A stretch of 64,000 bases of DNA, taken from Mobula birostris. Its lineage: Eukaryota. Of this stretch, positions 1-13,010 are shown in pieces. Under the pieces are notes generated by a model that was given only the letters and a program-made list of their open reading frames with translations, did not search any database and had not been told where the DNA came from. Numbering within the stretch: the stretch's first letter is position 1; every line of letters begins with the position of its first letter. The position numbers and the translations under genes are program-made. The stretch covers positions 23,925,821-23,989,820 of the forward strand of contig NC_092379.1 in NCBI RefSeq assembly GCF_030028105.1. Reading direction: 5' to 3'.

Positions 1-1500
1 CATCTTTGGTATCCTCTCTTTCATTTTAAATCAATGTGTCCGACGATTTCACCGTTCCACCTTGGCATAAAGACACTGATTATCTTCCCTATCATGCTCT
101 TATATTACGTACTTCACCAGTTTCTCGACGTGTTTTAATGTTCGATATACTGCAATGCTTGTTTGTCTAAACTTACATATATACCATACAAGCCAATCAG
201 GACAGCATACAAGAGACCAACTTATGCGCCATATCCAAAACATCACATCCTTCCTAAAATGTGACGACAACGACTGCTCGCATTATTAAAAATGCGGCCG
301 AGCAAAAATTTAAATAGCGACAGTTTTATTTGCTGATATTTATGCTTATTGACACGAATGATAACGAGATATATATTGTTTCTTCATTTAGCACACTCCT
401 TCCAGAGGCGCCAAGCCATGTAGGGTTTGGAGGCTTGTGTGTCACAATGATCCTGAAGGCCTTGTGCTCTGCCGCTTCGTAGGATCACTTATGCCAAGCC
501 GAGTAGTCCGTAGACGCTGCGCTAAGAGCGATAGACCGGTCCTCTAGGTCCACGGGCTGGGTTTCAGCTCAAGGCCGACAGCCGCGACAAGTGAAAAAAA
601 GGATGAAGTGTACCTTATGTGAGGTAACACACTGAAGAATCACTTAGCAATGTAATCCGCCTCCGAAATATCTGCTGAAGTTCCATGTGCTTTCAGTCTT
701 TGCATTTTTTTTTTTAAATTTCTGGTTTATCCTCTTTAGTATCCTCTCTTTCATCTTAAATCAATATGGCCGACGATTTCATGGATCCACCTTGGCATTA
801 AAAATATTATGTATTTTCACCAGCTCGGCTGACAGGCTTTAGTGCTCAAGATAATGCAATCCCATTTAGTCTAAAATCCCCTCATATATCATACAAGCTA
901 ATACAGAAAACATACAGTTGATCCACTTCTGTGCCACACCCAGAACCTCCCATCCTTCTGAAAATGTTCCGATGAAAACTGTTTGCAATACTCAAAATGC
1001 GGTCGAGCCAAAATTCTATATAGCTGCAAAATTACTTGCAAATATTTATATTCAATGACACGAGCTAAAACAGGGTGCATGTTGCAGGCTTCATTTAACA
1101 CACTCCTCCTAGACGTTTGGAGGCTTGCGTGCCTCAGTGACCCTGAGGGCCTTGTGCTCTGGTGCGTGGTAGGTTCACTCATACCATACAGATCAAATTA
1201 TAGAGGCTGCGCTAAGAGCGATACACCTGTCCTCTTGGTCCGGGTGCGGGGGGTGTAGCTCCAGGCCAACAGCCCTGACAAGCGAAAAAATAGACGAAAG
1301 TGAATCCCATATGAAGTGACACAATGCGGAAGCAATTGCTGATTTGGCGAAGGCCCTGGGATATTTTGGGGTTGAAGAAGTCAATGAAAAACAAATTGGT
1401 TGAATCGGAATAAATTCTGTAAAATAATAAAATTGGAGGAAGAGCGTAGTTGCCACGAATCAATCTGACAGAATTTGGTGAAAGGTCATTCATGTCAAAT
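1..1500. repeat. ~720-bp tandem duplication (A1/A2) opening each higher-order unit; also 16250-17790 and 37230-38780
   Basis: tatcctctctttcat(t/c)ttaaatcaat recurs near 10 and 740, 16305 and 17030, 37295 and 38020; the downstream motifs are co-linear. Confidence 0.8.
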
Positions 1501-2732
1501 AGTAACTCTGTTTCTCCGACCACATTTGTTCCCTGAGTTGCTCAGTGTTGGCAGTGGAGGCAGAATAACGCCTGTCGGGCAGATTAGTAGCGGAAGACCT
1601 CACACATCCCAGGACCAACAGGTAGTGAGTACGTGTTGTCTGAATCTGTGCTCCTTGTTTACTTTACAAAAACACCGGTCAAACTGACAGCAGGGAGCTG
1701 GGTTGAAGGGGGGAGTTGGAGATGCATGTGTCAGCTCAGAAGAAACTTGCAAAGAAATAACGTTTGGGTATTTGTACAAAATAATCTAGGGTGAATCAAC
1801 AGATCGGGTAAGTTTCGGTCCGATTTTTGTCTGTGTTGTATTGATTTTATAGAGTGGGTAACTTGAACAACAGGCGGGCAATTTTAGTTATTCATCATCT
1901 GGACTCCGGGCTTTACTAATAAAGTCAGAATGAATTATACATCTAGGTCGTCATTCAGAGAGCCTTTTGATGCAAACAAAATGATAAGCCAGCAGTCATA
2001 AAGAGGCTTGTCGGGTAAGGATGAGAGATCTTTTTCCTCGATGATATCAATAATTCTGAAAGGAAATTCTTACTAATGGTGAGACTTAAAAAATAGAAAT
2101 TGCTAAGATGTTGGAAATCTGACTGTTGATCCAAATCTGTTGCAGATCATTTTGATCTGACTTTAAATTTGACAGATTTGTTGTGGTGGTATTCGTGGAC
2201 TGTTCATCCATCCCCTGCGCTACACATCTGATCTCATCTGCTGCCCTATTCTCCATCGTCTGAAATCCACCCTTCTGCTTTCCCATTGGATCGCTCTATA
2301 GATCGTGTCCTGGACAATCTACCTCCTTCGGAAACATCAGAAGAATAGGCTGTCTGCTCGTAATGACATGAAAGTTTTTTGATTCTGTTGTGTGCAGAAT
2401 GGCTCCACATGCTCTGCTCAGCAACAGGGCCGTATTTTACAACTAGGTCATTGACGTTGAAATGCTCGGGCACAATGTAAGGTATTCTTTAAATGTCAAG
2501 ACTGTACCTCACAACTACTCTTGTGAATAAAAGAGGCATTTTCCAAGTAATCATCTCTGCGGACACCGTTGCCCTCCATTCCGCAGAATTAGAGTTGAAG
2601 ATGTTTGGGCTTATACTTGCCAAGAACATTTGCCTTAACAGTCTAAGTCAGCCTTCAGGGATTTGATCTGGGAGTCAGCATTGCGGAATTCGTGGAGACA
2701 GACTGAGTTTCAGACCCCCATTTATCGGGAGC

Positions 2733-2796
2733 AGTTTTTGTCCAGCTCCCAATCATCCTGGTGCATAATACGGTGCTTCACTGCAGGTCATAATAC
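2733..2796 (-). pseudogene. Degenerate D site, cassette 1
   Basis: Plus strand agtttttgt-12-catcctg-gtgcataa-tacggtg-12-tcataatac; homologous to the cassette 2 D, with both heptamers mutated. Confidence 0.65.
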
Positions 2797-3605
2797 GACT
2801 TCGTCATATCCAGCCCGAAATCTAGAGGATCGCCGAGCCCCCCAGCAGATTTTTTAAAACTACACTCAGTGTCTGGGCGTCCCACACAGCGGGTCTCAAT
2901 CTCAGCAATCCTAGTCCTGAAGTGGAGATGATATAATCAACCGACTGGGCTTCAGCTGACAGCTCCTCCTCTGTAGTTCCGTTCGCATTGAGACTCATTT
3001 CCAGTGGAAAATGTACCAATTCTCAGATTATGCACTTGTGATCTGATTTATATCCAGGTATGCCAGAGTAAAGCCGGCAGAAGCGAACGAAGAGTGTGAT
3101 TAGAACTGTTTTGTTGTAATAGATATGGAGGACAGCCACCTCTCACACTGTGGCACGCCAGGATATAGCCGATGTGATAAACCGATGTAGGATAACCCCC
3201 GCCCCTCTCACTCCCTCTCAGCACAGTCACTCCTCAGTCAAACCGCTCTAGAACACCAAAGTGTCTCGGATAATTAATGTTCCCTAGAGCCCGATCATTT
3301 ACTGTCACGTGTAGACGAAGCACCGACACCTGACAAGGTGGATCGGTGAGCCCATTCGCACTCACTGCGCTTGGCCTTGAGCTGCCGTCCAAAGTGATCC
3401 GCTGAACCTCTGCGCCCATCCATCCAGCATCCCTTTTGGGGAATCCACTCTGAAAACCCGCCTTCGATTGCGTGGACGAGTGGATGTAGTCCAGAACGAC
3501 CGAGATACGGCTGTGCCGAATACTGCTGCCATGTCCTTCAGCGCTCAAAGAGTAGGCGCTCTCGCTCAGTATTATTCCCGGTCTAGTGTCGGTGTCTTGA
3601 CTGTG

Positions 3606-4091
3606 TCTCTCGCACAGTAATAGGTGGCCGTGTCTTCCAGTCTCAGGTTGTTCATTTGCAGATAAACGGTGCTGCTGTCCTTGGAAACCTGGAATCTGTC
3701 TTCGACTCCAGGCGCGTACTTCTTGATACCTTTATCCCACACAACGGCCACCCATTCCAGCCCTTTCCCGGAGACCAGTTTCACTATGACAGGCCAAGTC
3801 ATAGCTGCTGAGGTGAACCCACTGACTGCACAGGTCAATCTGTGGGTCTGTCCAGTCTTTGCCACCGCTGACACAGACCGTGTCGGCAGGATATCGACTG
3901 ACGCCTGTCAATAAAAAAAGGAACAGAAATTGATAAAACGAACTCCGAGCATAGACACACAAAGCCTTGGAGAACCAGCCATCCAAGGGTAGGTGATAAA
4001 TTGCGGGACCGACACCTGCTAGGCAACGCAGGAGAGGACAGAGATAACGAATGACTGCTGTCCTGCAGAGCACTGAATGCGACTAGGACAT
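3606..4091 (-). pseudogene. IGHV: IgH-type V pseudogene (V1, subfamily I)
   Basis: Leader begins ATG TCC TAG (stop at codon 3, 4085-4083). There is a 2-nt deletion at the start of the V exon (3904), the FR2 Trp is lost, and the RSS is CACAGTC-23 with a degenerate nonamer. FR3/YYCARD is still recognisable. Confidence 0.92.
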
Positions 4092-4336
4092 TTTTCAGAT
4101 CGGGGTTCAGCTGAGCGCTGAGAGCGCTGTTCAAATCGAGACGTGGACCGCGAGACAGAGAAGGAGCTGCTGCTTGAACAGACTCCCAACTACGAAAACC
4201 AGAGGCAGAGTTTCCTGTCCTCGCCCCCAGCAGAGATTTGAATTTTCCAAACAGGTCAGCGGAAGTGAGAAGATCGGAATAGAAGATCTGTTACACTCAT
4301 CATTTTCGGCGATAAGCCGCTTGTTTAAACTGAAAG

Positions 4337-4605
4337 TAGGTTACATGGAAGTAAGTACAGAGGAGATGTCAAGGGTACGTTTTTTACGCAGAGTGGTCAG
4401 TGCGTGGATTGAGCTGCCAGCAGCGCCGGAGGAGGCGGAAACAATAGGGTCTTTCAAAACAGTTCTGGATAGGTACATCGAGCTTAGAAAACTAGAGGGC
4501 TATGGGTAAGCCTAGGTATTTCTAGGGTAAGGACATGTTCGGCACAGCTTTGTGGGCCGAGGGGCCTGTATTATGCTGTAGGTTTTCAATATTTCTATGT
4601 TTCTA
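4337..4605 (+). mobile_element. CR1-like LINE 3' end in the V1 upstream region; orthologous insertions at 22667-22928 and 43795-44054
   Basis: RT C-terminal remnant (FLRRVVSAWIELP) and (tttctatg)n tail; TGAAAG target-site duplication; empty site in V4 (aaactgaaaggctgag). Confidence 0.85.
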
Positions 4606-4631
4606 TGAAAGGCAGAGAACCCCGGCGAGAA

Positions 4632-4918
4632 AGAATGAGAGACAACAGTCAGTGGACGGGGTTAGCCCTGAAATACAGGGCACCAGAAACACCAGCCAGT
4701 GGACAAATATCTCCCTGTGAGTCAGCACGTGTGAGACACTAGTTAGCGGACAGCGATTCCCTTGCGAGACAGGAACGGAGATACTCGTCAATCGACTGGT
4801 TCCCCATAGATACAGCGACTGACAGTCTAGTCGGTGGACAGGTATCCCCCGAGAGACAGAGACTTAGAGACATCAGTTCGTTGTCAGATATCTCGCTGAG
4901 TGACAGCGACTGAGCACA
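4632..4918. repeat. Degenerate ~45-47-bp minisatellite (~6 units) upstream of V; copies at 14545-14800, 22957-23242, 36298-36600, 44084-44355, 62040-62345
   Basis: Recurring gagacaccagtcagtggacagatatc.ccctgagagacag; successive gtggac anchors are 47, 47 and 45 nt apart. Confidence 0.75.
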
Positions 4919-5000
4919 CTTTTCAACGGGCAGAAGTTCTCATTAGGGACACGGTTAGAGAGACACTGGCCAGTGCACGGAAAAGGAACAAGCATCAAAA

Positions 5001-5096
5001 ACGAAGGGTCTCGGCCTAAAACGTCGATGCACCTCTTCCTGGAGATGCTGCCTGGCCTGCTGCGTTCACCAGCAACTTTGATGTGTGTTGCTTAAG
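5001..5096 (-). mobile_element. Short Penelope-associated terminal repeat fragment
   Basis: Reverse complement of the repeat at 43391-43520; the same sequence type heads the GIY-YIG element at 63 kb. Confidence 0.55.
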
Positions 5097-6344
5097 AAGA
5101 GTTGCTCTACAGTTTTCTATCTGCACCCACAGCACGAAAATCAATATGAAGCAGAGATCCCTGCGTGGAAAAGGATGTAATATTTTCTGATAGCAAATCA
5201 TCTTTATCAGAGACCTGACAACGTGAATTTCAGCGCCGATTTCTGGGCATGTCTCCCCTCACCATTATTAGAAAGCTCTTTGTCCTGTTTCAGGCGGTGG
5301 GAGGAACAGAACCATCGTTAAAATGAGCTCAGGTGCAGAAACCATTGGCCGGAGAAGTAGTTATGGATTATAACAGCACACTCCTCAGCAGGTTAGCAGG
5401 CAAGTACTGCTGAATCGGTCGTTATGAATGGAAACTCACGGGGGAGGGGATCCAATGTATAGATCATTACGGTAGGTTGTTTTCTCTCCCTCCCTAGCGA
5501 TGGCGGTATTGCGTGTCCCAAACCTTGCACCCTCACTCAAATATAACGTGCGCTGATAGAATTACTAATCAAACAAAAGCTTACCCCTACCCAGGTATTT
5601 TTCAGTCATTAAGCAGGTTCCATTTGTGCACAAATCAGTTGAGTATCCACAGATAATGAAGTACTTTCTGAAGTGGATTTGTGTTGTGACTGAAGGAAGG
5701 TGGGTTCCAAATTACATATAACAACCTCTGTGAAATATCAATGGCCTATAAAGAGATTCGGCATTCTTGTGATTCTGTTTGAGGGATCAATGTTGGGACA
5801 GACATTGGAGAACATTAAAAGCCATTTATGTCCACCCGACACAACAGCCCCTTCATGGCAGTAATCACAATGGTGAACGTCGAAAGGACCACAGCCTTGT
5901 CGTAGCGGTTGGTTGCTTTTCTGTTTCACTGACTCGATCTATATTGGCTGGCCCCGGAACATTGTGCTTTGGTTCTTGGAGGGCTTACCAATGACAAGCA
6001 GCTCAGAGGTTAGAGCCCAGATTAAGAGTGGTCCAAAGATTCACCAGGAACGGGTGTTCTGCACAGGGTTACGAACCCTGACTGCACAAACAATTGTTCT
6101 GGAAATAGTAATAACAATTTATATACCTATGCGACGCTATTCTTGATTTTTCCACCCAGGATTTACATGACTGACAAGAATGAACACTGACAGGAAGCTA
6201 CAGTCACGATGAAGGAAATCCTGAACATAAGACCAAAATTGTTTTTCGAAATGTACGAACGATGCCTGGCTAAGCTGTCATCATTCCACTTACGAGCCGC
6301 TGTTGGAGCAGAAATGTGCGAACAACAGCTGGGGCATAATAGAG

Positions 6345-6682
6345 GAATAAGAGGAATAGATAGAGTGGATAGCCAGCGCCTCTTCCCCAGGGCACCGCTG
6401 CTCAATACAAGAGGACATGGCTTTAAGGTAAGGGGTGGGAAGTTCAAGGGGGATATTAGAGGAATATTTTTTACTCAGAGAGTGGTTGGTGCGTGGAATG
6501 CACTGCCTGAGTCAGTGGTGGAGGCAGATACACTAGTGAAGTTTAAGAGACTACTAGACAAGTATATGGAGGAATCTAAGGTGGGGGCTTATATGTGAGG
6601 CAGGGTTTGAGGGTCGGTACAACATTGTGGGCCAAAGGGCCTGTACAGTGCTGTACTATTCTATGTTCTATGTTCTATGTTC
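6345..6682 (+). mobile_element. CR1-like LINE 3' end
   Basis: TRGHGFKV...FFTQRVVGAWNALP motif, (ctatgtt)n tail, TAATAGAG TSD (6337-6344 and 6683-6690); empty site in the paralogous block at ~25490. Confidence 0.9.
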
Positions 6683-7966
6683 TAATAGAGAAGATAGCCA
6701 AAACTGACACTCTTCACCCGAACTGCAAAAGTCTCTCTGCCATTTATCGTTACTTTCCACTTGCATTTTTCGGGCGAAGTGCAATGTCTCACGCTTGCAC
6801 GGATTAAAATTTAATCTCCAATTTCTCGGCCCAATAACTGTCGGTGTCATGCTGTGTCAATTTGACAGACTTATTCGTTGTTCACAGGTCGGCAGTACGT
6901 CTGTTCTCCGAAAACCTAATCAGCCACCTCATATTTTTCTCCAAAGATTTACATATAGCAGAAACTGCTGAGACCCTTGCGCCGTCCTTGGCAGATTGTC
7001 AATAGTCATACTTCTCCTACATCTCTACTCTCTGCCTTCCATAGCCCAGGCAATTTAACATCCAATCGATCAAATCTCTATGGATCATGTGCCTTAATCT
7101 TCTGGGTCAGGTTACCACCAAGGATTTTTTCGGCTTTATTATTGTATATGTAGATGGTATCGTCCACACCGCCCGGACCGCACATGTTTGTCACTCTTCA
7201 GGAACGTATTTTATTTTATAAGACATGGTCTCCTCCGCATAAAACAGTTCTGACCAATAGGTCACCAGCCTTACTGACTCACATCAATAGTGGGATAAAA
7301 TGTATCATTTTTATATAATAACAACAAACACTACCGGCGCCAACTTGCTTCAATCAGTGCAGAGAACTTTCGCCAATCCTGTGATTACATTTCCAGAGAA
7401 TAAAACTGTTTGGGCGGCAGAGCCATGCAGCTTGTAGTATTGTTAACTTAGAGCTGCAAAAACCGGTTTTGCCTGGGTACAGTCTATGTATATAGTTTGC
7501 AGCTCCCTTTGTGTCTTCCTGCGGTCCCACCGGGTTATACGATTTCCACCAATATGTCAAATATTTTTTTTTCAGGTAGACTTTTCATTAATCGCTGTAA
7601 ATTAACAATGTGAGTGTTGGAAATTATGATAATTTGCAGGGATTGTGTGGAAAATGGAGGAAGATCACAGAACATGGTGACTTATGTTTCCCTGGGGATC
7701 CAAGGTCTTCTCACGCAACACTTCGGAAATTAGCATCTTTCATAGCATACCACCAATCATCAGGCTATAAGTGAAAATTGCGTGTCCATAAAAGGGGGGA
7801 GCATGTTCAAGGGTGATTATTTTCGTTTCTTAATTGGCCGGAATCAATATGTTAAATAGCGCAGCAAAGTCAAACAGGGTCAAAATAAATGGAATCAACG
7901 GTTATGGTTTTGTGATCAAAGTGGTTAAAATCCTAAAAGTTAGTGGGGGTGCGGATAGCATGGGCT

Positions 7967-9530
7967 ATATACTTTATACTTTATTGTCGCCAAACAATTG
8001 ATAGTAGAACCTACAATCATCACAGCGATATTTGACGCTGTGATCTCCCGCTTCAGTTTTTGTTTGTAAGCCGGGAGGAGGAGTACGGCCTGATGGTCCC
8101 ATTTTCCGAAGTGAGGTCGTGGGACGGAATGGTAGGCATTCTTGACTGCTGTGTAGCTATGGTCAGGTATATTCGGGCCTCTAGTGGGGCAGGAGACATG
8201 TTGGTATAACTTTGGCAGCGCCTTTCTGAGGTTGGCCTGGTTAAAGTCCCCGGCTATAATGACCAAAGCCTCCGGATACCTGGTGTCAAGTTCACTGATG
8301 TGGGCATACAGTATGTTCAGAGCACACTCCGCGTCCGCCTGGGGAGGGGGGAATGTGGACCGCTGTCAGCATGACCAAGGTGAATTCCCGTGCAAGATAG
8401 CAGGGACGACACTTCACCGACAGGTGTTCCAGGTCCAGGCTGCAGGAGCTTGCAGTGCTACTATGTCCGAGCACCACGCCGTGTTGATCATTAGCAGACA
8501 CCAGCTCCTCTCGTCTTGCCCGAAGACGCCGTGAGGTGCATCTGATGGATCGAAAATCCCTCCGGTCAGATGGCACAGACGGGGTTGGCAGGGGAGAGCC
8601 AGGTCTCAGTGAAACAGAATACACAGCAGTTCTGCATCTCCCTCCAGAAGGTGAGTCTCCCTTCAAAATCATCCACCTTGTTCTCTATGGCGTCCACACT
8701 AGAAAGTAGGATGGTGGGCATAGGGACCCTGAAGCCCCTCAGCTTCAATCTGACCACAGCCCAGCTCTTTTCCTACGCTTCCTCGATTAATAATGCATCT
8801 TTCCCGGTTTCCATTGATGCAGTGTGTTGTTGTCAGCTCTTTGAGGTTGGTGGACGCATCCCGCGAGGATCGATCGGCGGGTCGCTTCGTCGGGTGCTCC
8901 GGATCGGGCCGAGTAACGGAGGAGGGTCCGCTGCCACTTCCAGCTGCCGGGGGCCCGGGCTGTCGATTGGGTCGGGCCCCGAAGCCGACACTTAATCCCG
9001 GATGGCCGGGCTCCTGGCTGAAACAGGTCCGTAAGCCGAGTCACGGTTGTGGAGGCCTCCGCTCCAGCCAAGCCTCGGGCTCGATTTCCGACGTCGGCGG
9101 AGGAGGCCTCACTTCCGGCATCTGTGGATGGCCACCGACGAGGCTTTACGGTGGTCACTCCGGGGAAGCGTCTGGGGCACCTTGAGGTTTCCGTCGTCAG
9201 TTCTATGTGGTCGTCTGCTCCGGAGAGGTACTAGTCGGAATGGGACATGTCTCCAAGCGGTCCAGCACGGTAGCAGACCGCGGATCTCCAGGAACCCGGT
9301 GGGCCTCGCTGGTCGAGTCCAGGTGCGGTCCGGAGTTTAAGAACAGTTCTGGCGCCGTGGTCTCCAGCTGGGTCAGTAGCTTCGCCAAGGTGTTGTTGAT
9401 CTTGCTAGATGTAGCAGATTGAAGGCATAGAAGTGTTTCTCGGTTACAGGACAGTGGAGAGGGTGGTTTGCTCAGGAGAGCACGTGCAAAGCCGCCAGTT
9501 ACCGGCGCCATCTTTCTTTCTTTTTGCGGT
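7967..9530 (-). mobile_element. Internally deleted Rex1/Babar-like LINE (5' end, APE endonuclease, 3' tail; RT missing)
   Basis: 5' aagatggcgccg start; endonuclease IIAGDFNQANL...QHVSCPTRG...DH (8266-8030) with frameshifts; aataaagtataaagtata tail at ~7970. Confidence 0.7.
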
Positions 9531-12316
9531 TATCCAATTGTCGCTATACTAGGACTAATGTTGGCAAGCATGCGTAGGGTCACGAAATGATGACACGGGC
9601 AGCTGATATTTGAACGTGCTTCTCTTTACAGAGGGTCATTTAGAAGTTAGAATTGGGCCATCGACCATGAGGGTGCAGCCATAAGAGAAGCTAGAAATAT
9701 TACCTGCATGGGTGAGTGATACTGGAGTTGCCAGGAGTGGACAATAGATTTCACTTGTTGCCTGAAGTGGAGGGCTATAGATATCAATTGGATCCGCTTC
9801 CACAACGTATGCTGTTGTTCCAGGTACTTTCAGTCTTTGCATTTTTAATGTCTCATGTATTAACTTTGGTATTCTCTCTTTCATCTATGACAGTGATTAT
9901 CGTCCCTATCATTCTCTCTGATATTATGTATTTCACCAGGTCAGCTTTCCTGCAAAAGATCATGCAATCCTGGTTTGTCTAAACTCCCTCCCCCCCCGCC
10001 CCCGTATATCATACATGTCAATTCAGATAACATTGAAACATAAACATCGAAACATGGAAAACCCACAGCACAATACAGGCCCTTCGGCCCACAATGTTGT
10101 GCCATACTTTGGTGAAAGTGCATTGATGTGAGCCAGTAAATCTGTTTCTCAAACCACATATGTTCCCCGAGCTACCCAGAGTTGGCACTGCAGGAGGCAG
10201 AATAACGCCAGTCGATCAGAATTGCAGCCGAAGACATCATACATCCCGGGAACGACAGGCTGTATCTAAACTTTTGTCTGGATCAGTGTTCCTCGTGCAC
10301 TTTACAAAAATACCGATCAAATTGAGAACAGGGGGCTGCGCTGAATGGAGGAGCTGGAGGTGCGTGTGTCAGCTTCGAAGAAACTTGCAACCAAATAACA
10401 TCCGGGTATTTAAAAAAAAAAATAATGGAGGGTAAATCACCAGATCGGATGAGATTCTGTCTGATTTTCGCCTGCATTGTATGAATTTGATATAATTTAA
10501 CAGATGGGCAATTTTAGTTACTCATTTTTTGAGCTGTAGGCTGTGCCGGGAAAGTCAGAATGAATTACACATCTGGGTCGCTATTCAGAGAGCGTTTGGA
10601 GGCAATCACGTTGACGGGTGAGGGGTCATAAAGAGTCTCGGAGGCTAAGGATGAGCGATCTCTTTCCTGAAGGATATCACTAATTCTGAAAGGAAATTAT
10701 TACTAATGGCGAGATTTGAAAATAAATACAAATTGGAAATCTGACTGCAGATCAAAGTCTGTTGCGGATTATTATAACCTAAGTTTAAATTTGTCAGGTT
10801 TGTTCTGGTTGTATTCGTGAACTGTTCTTCCATCCCCCTGCACCACTCAGCTGATTTCATGTGCTGCCCTATTCTCCATCGCTTTGAATCTAACTGCCTG
10901 CCTGCCTGCCTGCTGGATCACTCTATAGATAGTGCCCAGGACAATGTTTTCCCATTGATAACATCACAAGAATATGCTGTCTGATCGTTATGACCTTAAC
11001 GTTAATGGAATCTGCTGTGTGCAGAATTTCTCCATATTCCCTTCACTGTAACAGGGCCGTATTTTGCAACTAGGTCTTTGCCCGTGATCTGCTCGGGGCA
11101 CAATGAAAGGTGCTCTGTAAATTTCAGGACGTTATCTCACAACATCTTTTACCGAATCACCAATATAACTGGTTTATGTGGAAAGTACTTGTTAAACAAA
11201 CCCAGTCACGATGTAAGACGGCAAAGAATTAGATCGGTTGCTCCGTCAGTGAACTGAGAATAAACAGTTTCTTTGAATAGCAAAGTTCAAATTATGTCCC
11301 GTGAGTATGTGATGGGATAGTTTAGGGGAAGTTTGCCCTCGGATCCTCAAGGATCTGGTGCTCTGCACAGGGTTACGAACCCTCACTGTTCAAAAAGTTG
11401 CTCTGGAAATAACAATAGAAAATCAAAATCTGTGTGCGACGGTATTCCGGATCCCGAAGTTTACACTCTAGTGCACCTGGCCTGGGAAGGATCAAAGCGT
11501 GCAGGTGGATCTTTCTTTGTCATCCGTAATTGCCAAGACAGGACATGGGACTTATAATCTGCACTTAATTCATGTTCTGTGTACTTTGGGATGCTCTATG
11601 GAATCTCATTGAGGAAGAATTCCCCAGAATAACAAGCTAAGTACTGATTCCATCGATAGACAGAACAGAGTGACGTCATTGATCAGATAATGTCTGGACG
11701 TAATGTCCGGGTTTATTGGCTGTGCAAATCCAATAAACCCATTGGCTCTCTGCTCTTCTCCGTATCCCTACAAATGGCAAATTCCCTCCTGTGCCAACTC
11801 TGCACTCACAATTGGACATCACGATGATTCAGGCAGTGTGTTCCAGATCACTAACGCTCATCAAAACGTTCCCCTAATTGGTTCCACCCACAACATCTAT
11901 ACTACTCCTAATTCAGATCCGTAAATGCAATGATGCCTGCAATTTATGAAGGCATTGTGCCTTCAATTCCCTGCCATTGTATTTCTACACCACTTATCCA
12001 TTGTCTCCCCAACTCCAAAGTTCTGCCTCTCCATACACCATCTGCTCACCCATCAGGGAATAACTCTAAAAGCTTAAAGCAATCAATTAATCCTGAGATG
12101 TCGCTTATACCTTAGGTGCATCCTGGGACAAACCTCACGCTGAACATTACATGATTGGTCTGACACACCACCTCTTACCTGGTGCCTTTGGAAGCAGTAT
12201 AATAGAGCTGAGCATGGGCCAGTATGTATAAGTATGACCAGGAAGGTGATTACTGTAACATGAACGTATGGAAGGACAAGCCACTGACCGGGGACGAAAG
12301 CAGAAAGAGCATAAAT

Positions 12317-12558
12317 CCAAGACCAACAAAGCTCCGTGACAGCTTCATTCACCAAGCCATCAGACTGCTTAATTCATGCTGAAGCAACTGTATTTCTATG
12401 TTATATTGATTATCATGTTGTACCTAACATTTATTATAAATGACTATAATTGCACATTGCACTTTTGAACGGAGACGTAACGTAAATATCTTTACTCATC
12501 ATGTATATGAAGGATGTAAGTAATAAGCTCAATTCAATTTAATCCAGTTCAATTCAAG
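12317..12558 (+). mobile_element. Rex1-like LINE 3' tail; orthologous copies at ~20367-20607, 34022-34262, 41370-41607
   Basis: KLRDSFIHQAIRLLN-like ORF end and (ttcaa)n tail; ~0.4 kb 3' of D in four cassettes. Confidence 0.65.
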
Positions 12559-12946
12559 TTACTGTCAGCGAGGTCCTTCCTAATAGGCGAGATATTCACA
12601 CTTCTCCTTCTCCCCATTCACCCAGTACAGTAACTTCACTTGCCCGTCTTATCCACTGATCTCAGAAAAGTGTCAACATGATCCCAGACCGGCAGCAACC
12701 ACTTCCTGGATTTCTAACCGAAATTTCTGCTTGGGTCCTCCCAGCCTCTGATTAAAAGAGTCATTTTCAGAGTTTTCCTGTGTGCAGACACGGGAATCAA
12801 AGTTGAAGCCAGTTGGGCTTTTCCTTTACCAGAAATAAACATTTGTCATTGCATTCTCTGTCAGCCTTCAGGCATTTGACTCTGGGAGGCTGCATTGCGG
12901 AATTCATGGAGACAGGCTCCGATGCAGACGCTCATTTGTCGAGATC

Positions 12947-13010
12947 AGTTTCTGTTCAGATTCCCATCACCGTGGTTGCTATCACGGTGCTTCACTGCAG
13001 GTCACAATCC
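12947..13010 (-). other. IGHD: D segment (ATAGCAAC, 12982-12975) with 12/12 RSSs, cassette 2
   Basis: Minus strand GGATTGTGA-12-CACCGTG-[ATAGCAAC]-CACGGTG-12-ACAGAAACT. Both spacers are exactly 12 nt, and the site lies at the same place ~0.8 kb 3' of V in every cassette. Confidence 0.8.

Noticed and set aside
4632-4918. CRISPR-like repeat-spacer array
   Set aside because: Eukaryotic context, and the units are degenerate tandem copies with no unique spacers
8570-9511. Overlapping GC-rich ORFs as host genes
   Set aside because: They lie within the Rex1-like element
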